From: a virus
Lineage: Duplodnaviria; Caudoviricetes
Strand: one strand, 5' to 3'
Length of the DNA stretch: 60,723 nt
Virus record (IMG/VR): IMGVR_UViG_3300027743_000005
Location: 1-60,723 of that record
Shown piece after piece: positions 1 through 7,037 of the stretch (position 1 is the first letter of the stretch; every line of letters starts with the position of its first letter). Under the pieces are notes generated by a model. That model searched no databases. It was not told the origin of the DNA and worked only from the letters and a program-made list of their open reading frames with translations. A program made the position numbers and the translations under genes.

Positions 1-127
1 ACTGCTGCCACTCGTCGGAGTCGACGATGCCGACGCCGTCGATCGCCTTGCGGATGACCGTGCCGAGCGCCCCGGTGAGGGAGCCGTCGACCTTGTCCTC
101 CTTGGCCTCCTCCATCAGCCGGTACTG
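1..127. repeat. 127-bp terminal direct repeat (identical to 60597-60723); circular assembly overlap
   Basis: actgctgccactcg...ccggtactg is present at both ends and falls inside a CDS; 127 is a common assembler k-mer. Confidence 0.97.
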
Positions 128-1456
128 ATCGCGCAGCCCGTCAGCGGCGAGGCAGATCGCCTCGGTGCCGATGTTCCCCAGCACGCCGTCGTTGAGCGTG
201 ATGGCGTAGCGAACGCTGCGGTCGAAGCACTCCCGCACGAAGGCGGGCATGTACCCCTCCGTCCTGCGGAAGACCTCGTCGAAGTCCGTGTCCGGGTCCA
301 GTGCCTTGCCGATGACCCTGCGGGCCAACTGCTCCACACCGGCCCGGTCCATCGCCCCGACGTGGATCACCGCGCCGATGCGTCCAGGCCGGAGCATCGC
401 CTTGTGAATGTCCTCGGCGTGGTTGGTGGTGAAGACCGTGAGGAGCTTCATCCCCTTGACCTTGATCCCGTCGAGCATGTCGAGATGGCGCTCGATGGTG
501 CTGCCCGACTGCGGCCCCGCCATCGTGTCCACGTCCTCGGCGAACACGACCGCCGGTTGGTACATGCGGGCCATCTCCAGCGTCTTGGCCAGGTCGTCCT
601 TGCCCGGTCGGCACATCAGGAAGGTCCAGCCGTGGGCCACCGCGATCTGCGCCGTGAGCAACGCGGCCAGGCTCTTGCCGGTGCCATACGGACCCTCGAA
701 CAGCACGGCGAACTTGCCGTCCTGCCCCAGCTGCTCCAGCAGGTCGGCGTGGCGGATGAACGCCCACACGTCGCCCTCCAGGCGACGCAGCACGCTCTCG
801 GTGTAGACCACGTCGCGGGGGTCGACCTTCGACACGTCGATGAAGTTCTCGGCGCCGTCGATGGCCATGCCCTTGTAGATGGAGCTGTCGAGCAGGAACT
901 GCTCGATGAGCTTGAACAGCCCGTCGAGATGGCGGCGCCACTTGCGCGGTGCCTCCACGTTGACCTGGAAGATGATCCCGAGCTCAGGGTCCCTGGTCTG
1001 GCCCAGGATGAGTGTCGCCCGGTCCATGCCCGGGATGGTCATGGCTCCCCACGGCACCTGCTCGGTGTCGTTCTGCCCGGGGCCGACCTTGATGTCGATC
1101 AGCTGGGGCAGGTCCCGCCCGAAGAACGAGTAGAGGGTCTTGCCCAGCGTGAACCCGGCGAACGCCTTGATCGCCAGCTGTGTCGCCCTCGCTCCGTCCC
1201 ACGGTCGGTACGGGAAGGTCTTGCTGAAGGAGAACAGGTTCTCCTCGTCGTCTCGGCGCTTCTGGAGGAACTCGATGCTGCTCTCCAGGGTCGCGCCCGC
1301 GGGCAGCACGTACTTCGTGCCGTCGAAGACGATGTCGTCTTCGGTGCTGAGCAGCCCTCCGATCTCGGCCAGTCGCTGGAGAGCTTCCTCTCGCAGCAGC
1401 TGCTCCTCGCTCGGAGCGAGCGCGCCATCGGCGCGCGGCTTTGCTTTCGCCACCAT
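1..1456 (-). CDS. AAA+ ATPase (~496 aa); continues across the junction to stop TGA at 60562-60564; missing from the ORF track
   Basis: Manual translation from ATG 1456 (SD GAAAGGAACC): Walker A GPYGTGKS, Walker B VVFAEDVD, SRH TTNH..AMLRPGR. Confidence 0.92.
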   Translation of the reverse strand, partial: MVAKAKPRADGALAPSEEQLLREEALQRLAEIGGLLSTEDDIVFDGTKYVLPAGATLESSIEFLQKRRDDEENLFSFSKTFPYRPWDGARATQLAIKAFAGFTLGKTLYSFFGRDLPQLIDIKVGPGQNDTEQVPWGAMTIPGMDRATLILGQTRDPELGIIFQVNVEAPRKWRRHLDGLFKLIEQFLLDSSIYKGMAIDGAENFIDVSKVDPRDVVYTESVLRRLEGDVWAFIRHADLLEQLGQDGKFAVLFEGPYGTGKSLAALLTAQIAVAHGWTFLMCRPGKDDLAKTLEMARMYQPAVVFAEDVDTMAGPQSGSTIERHLDMLDGIKVKGMKLLTVFTTNHAEDIHKAMLRPGRIGAVIHVGAMDRAGVEQLARRVIGKALDPDTDFDEVFRRTEGYMPAFVRECFDRSVRYAITLNDGVLGNIGTEAICLAADGLRDQYRLMEEAKEDKVDGSLTGALGTVIRKAIDGVGIVDSDEWQQ

Positions 1457-1458
1457 GC

Positions 1459-1528
1459 GGTTCCTTTCCTCAATGCCCGGGGGTAGTTCCGGGTCGTGCC
1501 CTGGCCTGGGTACGAGCCAGACCAAGGC
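1459..1528 (-). promoter_or_regulatory. Minihelix-like leader element E1
   Basis: RNA GCCUUGGUCUGG-CUCGUAC-CCAGGCCAGGGC (12 bp, two G-U), then ACGA, a 5-bp hairpin and GAAAGGAACC. Confidence 0.8.
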
Positions 1529-1536
1529 GGGTCTTG

Positions 1537-1758
1537 TCAGACCAAGCGGGCGGCGAGGAACGCCTCCATGTCGCGGTGGGCGTCGAGGCACCACTCGCAG
1601 GGCCGCCGGTTCATCGGGGCCGCGTCGACGTAGACGATGGCGCCGTCCGGCAGTGGGTCTGTCACCCGCTGCCCGCACAGCGCGGTGCGGGCCAGGTGCT
1701 TCGGGACCAGGTGGTACACCGGATCGCCGGTGCTGGTGGGTAGGGACAGGGACTTCAC
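1537..1758 (-). CDS. Hypothetical protein, His/Cys (possible Zn-binding)
   Basis: GTGA overlap with upstream gene; H...ALCG...CxxC. Confidence 0.6.
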   Translation of the reverse strand: MKSLSLPTSTGDPVYHLVPKHLARTALCGQRVTDPLPDGAIVYVDAAPMNRRPCEWCLDAHRDMEAFLAARLV

Positions 1759-1988
1759 AGCTCCACGTGCTCCACGTCCACGACGCACATGCGCCCGTCC
1801 TCCATCGGGAAGCGGTACGTGCCCGGTTCGCCGTGCATGGCGATGAGCTTGAACGCCACCACGTGGGCGTGCTCGTCGCCGAGCGGGTCGACCTTGACGG
1901 TGCCGATGCGCGTGCTGACGGTCACGTCGAAGCTGAGCATTCCCTCTTGGTCGACCGGCAGGGACGTGCCGTTCTGGGGTCTTGCCAT
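1755..1988 (-). CDS. Hypothetical protein
   Basis: Strong SD GAAAGGAACC; protein-like composition. Confidence 0.75.
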   Translation of the reverse strand: MARPQNGTSLPVDQEGMLSFDVTVSTRIGTVKVDPLGDEHAHVVAFKLIAMHGEPGTYRFPMEDGRMCVVDVEHVEL

Positions 1989-1989
1989 T

Positions 1990-2055
1990 GGTTCCTTTCT
2001 GTCTGACCACGGTGGTCAGATCGTGGACCGGGAGGGGTACGAGCCCTCCCGGTCC
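1990..2055 (-). promoter_or_regulatory. Minihelix-like leader element E2
   Basis: Perfect 12-bp stem 2025-2036/2044-2055, loop CUCGUAC, ACGA, 8-bp hairpin 2002-2020, SD. Confidence 0.85.
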
Positions 2056-2056
2056 T

Positions 2057-2299
2057 TCATTCCTCCACGTCCTTGAACATGGCGTCCCAGCAGGCGCTGT
2101 GGATGCCCGTCATCAGCGTCTCCCGGTCGCCGGGGGACATCTCGGGCATCGCCACCTGAATGTGGCGCTTCGGCCCGCCCACCGCCTTGTCGTGGCGCCA
2201 CGCCTCCAGCTCGTCTGTGTAGGCCGTCACCGACGACGGCAGGTCGCAGAGGGGGCACACGCCCTCCACGACGGTCGTCGGCCGCTCCGGCAGGCTCAT
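2057..2299 (-). CDS. Hypothetical protein (CxxC...HxxC)
   Basis: ATGA coupling; CPLC and HSAC motifs. Confidence 0.75.
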   Translation of the reverse strand: MSLPERPTTVVEGVCPLCDLPSSVTAYTDELEAWRHDKAVGGPKRHIQVAMPEMSPGDRETLMTGIHSACWDAMFKDVEE

Positions 2300-2499
2300 C
2301 GCGCGCTCGCCCGTTCGATGTGGTCGGCCAGCAGCTCGGCCACCAGGGCAATGTCAGCGGCAAGCTGAAGGAAGTCCGCAGTCACCGGCTCGTAGGAGTG
2401 TTCGGCGTTGATCACCAGGCTCTCCAGCTCGCTCGCCTTGGCCCGAAGCAGGCGAACCGCCTGACCCGGGGACGGCCGCTCATCGTGGACGCCGCTCAC
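2296..2499 (-). CDS. Hypothetical protein
   Basis: Coupled overlaps at both ends. Confidence 0.65.
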   Translation of the reverse strand: MSGVHDERPSPGQAVRLLRAKASELESLVINAEHSYEPVTADFLQLAADIALVAELLADHIERASAR

Positions 2500-2687
2500 T
2501 GGCGCACCCGCAGCTTCAACCGCTGGCCGTTGCCCGTCCCCAGGCCCACGCCGACTTCCTGGAAGTGGGCCTCACAGAGGTAGGCCCACGGTCCCATCGT
2601 CGTGCGGGCGTCGTAGCGAGCCAGCGTCGGCTCGGCATGGTCGAGCTGGCAGTTGGGGAGCTCGAGCACCTCCACCTCCTCGCTCAC
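2496..2687 (-). CDS. Small actinophage-type protein (ARYDARTTMGPWAYLCEAHF...GLGTG)
   Basis: GTGA overlap; resembles a common small actinophage family. Confidence 0.7.
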   Translation of the reverse strand: MSEEVEVLELPNCQLDHAEPTLARYDARTTMGPWAYLCEAHFQEVGVGLGTGNGQRLKLRVRQ

Positions 2688-2878
2688 GGCTCGACCTCGA
2701 TCTCCCCGGCCGCCACCGCAGCCTCGTACGCCCTGGCCTCGGCGTACTCGGTCTGCCACTTCCACGGCTTCTCCACGACGTCGGCGATGGTGCCAGCGTC
2801 GTAGTTGTCGGAGTCGGCCATGAAGCGGGTGAGGAACACGAGGTTCTCGTGCACCGTCCACCACTCGGTCTCAGGCAT
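2684..2878 (-). CDS. Hypothetical protein
   Basis: SD GAAGGGAAC; downstream of element E3. Confidence 0.75.
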   Translation of the reverse strand: MPETEWWTVHENLVFLTRFMADSDNYDAGTIADVVEKPWKWQTEYAEARAYEAAVAAGEIEVEP

Positions 2879-2882
2879 TGCT

Positions 2883-2949
2883 GTTCCCTTCTGCCCGCTC
2901 CCCGATGGAGCAGGTCGTACCTGGAGGCGGTGTCGAGCCGCGTCCGGGT
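2883..2949 (-). promoter_or_regulatory. Minihelix-like leader element E3
   Basis: 12-position stem 2919-2930/2938-2949 (10 paired), loop CUCGACA, ACGA, 8-bp hairpin 2894-2914, SD. Confidence 0.7.
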
Positions 2950-3229
2950 GGTTGACGGAGGGAGCGCGGGATCGCGCCCGCGCTCCCTCCGTTGCTAAGG
3001 AACCTGGTGGAGCGCCAAGGCAACAGCCGTGCGTTTCTAAGCTCCACCGCTCCGGCCCAGGGACGCGCCGATGAGCCAGTACCGTCTACGGGACCCACTC
3101 CCTCTGGTACGCAAGCTCACCGGAGCACGAAGCCTTCACCGGATCAGATTCGCCGCCATCGGACCGGGTTGTCTCTCCCGACCGTGGTCGACTCGGGCCT
3201 CGCCTGTCACACCCAGGCGCCCGTGATGT
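2950..3229 (-). ncRNA. Candidate structured non-coding RNA (~280 nt)
   Basis: Gap with no convincing ORF in a densely coding arm; nested helices (3006-3013/3041-3048, 3049-3055/3120-3126, 3072-3076/3115-3119, 3079-3083/3106-3110) and a perfect 16-bp hairpin at ~2955-2992; flanked by E3 and E4. Confidence 0.55.
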
Positions 3230-3260
3230 GGACGGGGCGGGCTACGAACCCGCACCGCCC
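3226..3260 (-). promoter_or_regulatory. Minihelix-like element E4
   Basis: GGGCGGUGCGGG-UUCGUAG-CCCGCCCCGUCC-ACAU; the upstream gene's stop codon lies in the loop. Confidence 0.7.
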
Positions 3261-3826
3261 TGCGACCGGATCACCGGCCGCTTGCTCTGCTTGTGCGCCC
3301 ACACCGGAGGCACTTCGCCCCGGCGCCGGGAGCGAGCCTTGGCCCGCTGCCGGTTGCGCTCGGCCTTGTCGGCCAGGGCCTTACGCCGTGCCGCCTCGGT
3401 GGCGCCCCGCCTGATCTGGCGGCGCCGGTACTCCTGCATCGCCGCCCGCTCCAGCGCCGTCGTGCCGCCCGGTTGGTCCAGCGGCCCGGCCAGCGCCCGG
3501 TTCTCGTCGGTCGTGGGGGCCTTCTCCCGGGACCGCATCCGCTGGGTCTGCGGCTTGCGCGCCCCCGGCGTGGGTCGGAACCCGACGCCCTCCACGAACA
3601 TGCGCTCCCACCTGGCCCCCGAGAACTGCTGCTCGTAGGGGTTCCCGATGGGTGCAGCCACCCCCGCCCCGACCGGCAGGTGGTCGAGGCGGGGGGGATC
3701 GGCCTTCTTCTTGGGGAAGAAGGGTTTGGCCTTGGCCGCGCCCGGCGAGGGCTTCAGGTCCGGCCCATGCAGGCAGACCGAGCACCACTCCGGGGCGGCC
3801 CCAGGAATGTGGGGGCACTCAGCCAC
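3242..3826 (-). CDS. Basic hypothetical protein with N-terminal CxH...CxxC motif
   Basis: 194-aa ORF overlapping upstream gene; Arg/Lys-rich C-terminus. Confidence 0.65.
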   Translation of the reverse strand: MAECPHIPGAAPEWCSVCLHGPDLKPSPGAAKAKPFFPKKKADPPRLDHLPVGAGVAAPIGNPYEQQFSGARWERMFVEGVGFRPTPGARKPQTQRMRSREKAPTTDENRALAGPLDQPGGTTALERAAMQEYRRRQIRRGATEAARRKALADKAERNRQRAKARSRRRGEVPPVWAHKQSKRPVIRSQGGAGS

Positions 3827-4001
3827 GGCGCCCGGCCCGCTCCGGCCACAGGAACTCGCACGCCCGCACCCGCACGGCGGGATCGGTGTCCTCGTTCAGG
3901 CCCTCGTGGATGACGAGCGGCCCGCCTCCGCAGAAGTCGGCAAACAGCGCCATCACGCCGGGCCGCGCCATGTCCAGCACCGCCCGTTCCAGCTCTTCCA
4001 T
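3819..4001 (-). CDS. Hypothetical protein
   Basis: ATG 4001 with SD GGAGAGAGGAG; first gene after the promoter at 4069-4097. Confidence 0.65.
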   Translation of the reverse strand: MEELERAVLDMARPGVMALFADFCGGGPLVIHEGLNEDTDPAVRVRACEFLWPERAGRRG

Positions 4002-4068
4002 CCTGGCTCCTCTCTCCTCCGGGGGTACGAACCCCGGCCTGCGCCGCCCGCCCCGCGGGGGCACCCTT

Positions 4069-4097
4069 ATTCTACCCGCCCGGCGGCGGTACCGCAA
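4069..4097 (-). promoter_or_regulatory. SigA-type promoter TTGCGG-N17-TAGAAT
   Basis: Near-consensus hexamers; shares 16 bp with the promoter at 7644-7673. Confidence 0.75.
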
Positions 4098-4129
4098 ATC
4101 GGGCGCAGTCGCAGGGGCAGTAGGGCTGC

Positions 4130-4390
4130 TCACGAGATCACCCCTCTCAGCCGCTTCACTCCGGCTTCGGGCCTGCTCACATCGGTGAAGGCCACGCCTC
4201 CCCGGATGCCGTACAGCGGCAGTCCGGCGTCGTGCTCGGCCACCGCCTCGGTGGCGCACTCCACCCGCACCGGGCAGGTGCGGCACTGCGCCAGCGCCAG
4301 CGAGCGCTTGGCCCGGCCCGCGCGTCCGGTGCCCCACTCGTCGGGGAAGGGGCTGTGCGCCCCCTCCCGCTCACACGCTGCGCCGGTCAT
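4130..4390 (-). CDS. whiB: WhiB-family Fe-S transcription factor
   Basis: C...CRTCPVRVEC and YGIRGG (variant of GVWGG). Confidence 0.85.
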   Translation of the reverse strand: MTGAACEREGAHSPFPDEWGTGRAGRAKRSLALAQCRTCPVRVECATEAVAEHDAGLPLYGIRGGVAFTDVSRPEAGVKRLRGVIS

Positions 4391-5004
4391 GCCAGCCTCC
4401 GGCGCGTCCGGCGCATGAGCACGCCGCCCACGCCCATCAGCAGCACCGCCGTGCCGATGAAGAGCTCCGGGCCGGAGCCGGTTGCGGGCAGCGTGGTCAC
4501 CGGGGCTGTCCGGGGCAGCACCACCACGCCGGTGACCGGCGGCGGGGTGACCGTGACCGGCGTGTCGATCTGCACCGGCACGGTGGTGACCACCGGCTCG
4601 GGCGCAGGCGGGGTGTCGCTGGTCGGCGGTGCGTAGATGGGCACGTCGTCGGACACGCACTGCGGTGGCCCACCGATGGGCGCCCCGTAGTGCATCCCCT
4701 CGGGGCAGGGCGGCATCGTCGTGGGTGGGGCCACCGGCCCGCAGTCCACGCTCGACCAGTCGATGGTGTAGCGGGCCTCCTCGGAGCCACCGTCCCAGAT
4801 GATGCGGACCAGCGTCGGCCCGCGCGTCCCGGTGGCATCGAGGCGTGCCCGGTGCTCGTAGCGGGTGGAACCCAGCGGTCCCACCGCGGCCTGGAAGTTG
4901 TCCCCCGTCTCCACCCGCGCGTCCGCCGCGACCGGGTTGGTGATGACGACGTGGGTGATCTTGGCGGACTCGCCGCAGGTGATCGGCTCGACGGTGACGC
5001 TCAT
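4387..5004 (-). CDS. LPXTG cell-wall-anchored protein (LPATG), no clear signal peptide
   Basis: Pro/Thr linker, TLPATG, hydrophobic helix, RRTRRR tail. Confidence 0.8.
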   Translation of the reverse strand: MSVTVEPITCGESAKITHVVITNPVAADARVETGDNFQAAVGPLGSTRYEHRARLDATGTRGPTLVRIIWDGGSEEARYTIDWSSVDCGPVAPPTTMPPCPEGMHYGAPIGGPPQCVSDDVPIYAPPTSDTPPAPEPVVTTVPVQIDTPVTVTPPPVTGVVVLPRTAPVTTLPATGSGPELFIGTAVLLMGVGGVLMRRTRRRLA

Positions 5005-5132
5005 GCCGTCCCCCACCACATGGCCAGGGCGACGGCGACCACGAACAGCACGAAGCCGGTCAGGACCCACTGCCACGAGGGCTGCACCGGCCGGTTGTCG
5101 GGCTGCTCGTCGAGCTCCGGGAAGGCGGTCAT
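5001..5132 (-). CDS. Small single-TM protein (43 aa)
   Basis: MTAFPELDEQ...WVLTGFVLFVVAVALAMWWGTA; ATGA overlaps at both ends. Confidence 0.6.
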   Translation of the reverse strand: MTAFPELDEQPDNRPVQPSWQWVLTGFVLFVVAVALAMWWGTA

Positions 5133-5473
5133 GACTCGTCACCACCCAGCGCCCGCTCGACCAGCTCGACGGCGACCAGCTCGTGGCGCAACACGAACCG
5201 CCGCAGCCGCAGCCGCCGCCGTCGTTGCCGCTCCCACTTGGCGTTGCGCCGAGCCTGTGCCGGTCCGGCGATGGCAGCACGACGGGCCTCGTGCTGTTCG
5301 GGCGTCCCGACCCACATGCGCCCTCCACTGGCGCCATCGGTGGGCAGCGGACCGTGCTGGCGGACCAGCGCCCTGGTGTTGCGGGCCGTCTCGATCTGCG
5401 CCCTGGTGCCCCGGTCGTGCCAGTGCACCAGGCCCCAGGTCCGGAGGCTGAGGCTCTTGCGGAGGAAGCTCAT
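5129..5473 (-). CDS. Basic hypothetical protein
   Basis: ATGA overlaps at both ends. Confidence 0.6.
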   Translation of the reverse strand: MSFLRKSLSLRTWGLVHWHDRGTRAQIETARNTRALVRQHGPLPTDGASGGRMWVGTPEQHEARRAAIAGPAQARRNAKWERQRRRRLRLRRFVLRHELVAVELVERALGGDES

Positions 5474-5907
5474 GACCGCCCCCTCGCCGTGCGCTCCAGC
5501 CGCTCGCCGCAGGGCACGCAGATGATGCGGCTGGGGTCGAGCAGCGTCTGGCTGTCCTTGGGCCAGTAGGTGGCACCCTCGGAGCGGTAGCGGTGCCAGT
5601 CCTGCTCCAGCGGGGTCGGGTGCCGGTCCAGTTCGACCAGCACCCCGAAGCCCATGTCGTAGTGGTTGTAGACCCGGGTGCCCACCTCGAGAGCCACCTT
5701 GTGGCCACAGGCCAGGCGCCTCGCGGCATCTTGCGCCACCTTGGGTGCCTGGATGGCACCGCTCAGGCCCTCCTCGGCGGCCAGCTGCGGGCAGCCGTCA
5801 CGGTGGAGGAGCTCGATGGCCCCAGCGCCCACCTCGGGTGCGTCGTGCCAGTCGGCACCGCAGCCCGGGCAGGGCGTGAGGTCGATGGTGTACCACTCGG
5901 CGCTCAC
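5470..5907 (-). CDS. Hypothetical Cys-containing protein
   Basis: GTGA overlap; CPGC, LACGH and CVPC motifs. Confidence 0.65.
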   Translation of the reverse strand: MSAEWYTIDLTPCPGCGADWHDAPEVGAGAIELLHRDGCPQLAAEEGLSGAIQAPKVAQDAARRLACGHKVALEVGTRVYNHYDMGFGVLVELDRHPTPLEQDWHRYRSEGATYWPKDSQTLLDPSRIICVPCGERLERTARGRS

Positions 5908-6230
5908 CAGATCACGCTCAGCACGTCGTCGATGGACCCGCCGCACAGGCCCTTCAGGAAGACTCCTGCGGCCTTGGCGTCGGCCACCAGCTGGGGCTTG
6001 ATGTTGCGCCCGCCCATCACCTGGTAGGTGGGGATGCGGACCCGGCACGGCGTGCCGTGGCGCGTGGTGCCGTGGCAGTAGGACAGGTCCATCGGACCGG
6101 CCCAGCTGTCGCCCACGAAGCGGATGCGGGTGATGGCCGCCAGGTCCGGGTCCGTCCACTCCAGGGTGAACGACCGGGCCACGTGTGGCTCGACCAGCGG
6201 GTTGATCTCCCGCGAGTACTGCTCTGTCAT
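5904..6230 (-). CDS. Hypothetical protein
   Basis: SD GAAGGGAACC; preceded by a UUCGUAC-loop hairpin. Confidence 0.75.
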   Translation of the reverse strand: MTEQYSREINPLVEPHVARSFTLEWTDPDLAAITRIRFVGDSWAGPMDLSYCHGTTRHGTPCRVRIPTYQVMGGRNIKPQLVADAKAAGVFLKGLCGGSIDDVLSVIW

Positions 6231-6525
6231 CTCGGTTCCCTTCCGGGCCGTACGAAGGCCCAGGTTGATGTGGGTCGCCTGCTGGCGTCCCTGGCAACGC
6301 TGCGGTGCAGCGCTCCCAGCGAGGCCAAAAGTCGATTACCGCGCTGCCAGGTGGCGGCGGGCGGCGGAGCCGGTGCCCAGCACGCTTCCGGCTGGGGGAA
6401 CGGGCCACCCACCCACCCCTCCCCTTCGGGGAGCTCGGCGCCAGCGGCAGCCGCCTCCCGCGCCCCAGCCGCCAGCGCGCCCGCGCGCCAGCGGCCCGGG
6501 CTGAGCGCCCGGGCCGTCGTGGCCA

Positions 6526-6921
6526 TCAGTAGTCCACCCCTTCGCAGGTCAGGAACCCGTCACGGGTGTCGCCGACCAGGTCGTCGCCACCGCTGTTGTC
6601 GCAGTCCAGCTCGGCTGCGGCGATCGAACCGTCGCCACCGTCGACCGGGATGCGGACGTCCAGCCGTTGGGGCGGCACCACGTCGCAGTCGGGGAAGGTG
6701 CCAGCGTCGATGACCACCACGTGGCCAGCGCACTGCCCGGGCACGGTCAGCGCGGCGACCGGCTGGCGCACGGCCGGAGCCGGTGCAGCCACGGTCACCC
6801 AGGGTTCGGCGAACGGCGGCAGCTCCACGAACGTGGTGGAGCTGCCACCAGCGGTGGCAGCCACCGCGCTACCGACGACGACCAGCGCGCACAGCGCACC
6901 GGCCACAGAGAACTTGAGCAT
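6526..6921 (-). CDS. Secreted/membrane protein with signal peptide
   Basis: MLKFSVAGALCALVVVGSAVAA; SD GGAGG; four Cys in the mature part. Confidence 0.7.
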   Translation of the reverse strand: MLKFSVAGALCALVVVGSAVAATAGGSSTTFVELPPFAEPWVTVAAPAPAVRQPVAALTVPGQCAGHVVVIDAGTFPDCDVVPPQRLDVRIPVDGGDGSIAAAELDCDNSGGDDLVGDTRDGFLTCEGVDY

Positions 6922-7037
6922 GGGACCCTCCAGGGTCGAGACGGGTGCCCACGGTGGGCACCCCTGGCTAGGCACGTGACCGTGCCCACCCAGGGGCGCC
7001 CCAGCCCGAAGGCCGGGGAGCCACCCGTAAGGACGCC

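Noticed and set aside
1-127. Terminal repeat as a biological direct terminal repeat
   Set aside because: It is exactly 127 bp (a typical k-mer) and lies mid-gene, so it is best explained as assembly circularisation.
1498-2055. CRISPR array or integron attC cassettes
   Set aside because: Repeats are not identical, spacing is gene-sized and irregular, there are no cas or integron-integrase genes and no RYYYAAC/GTTRRRY cores; G-U pairing favours RNA.
3226-3260. tRNA or tmRNA gene (GGUUCG T-loop; also GGGAUUCGACUCCC at 55262 and CUCCACCA near 3005)
   Set aside because: No D-arm or anticodon arm and no tag reading frame; only the minihelix part is present.
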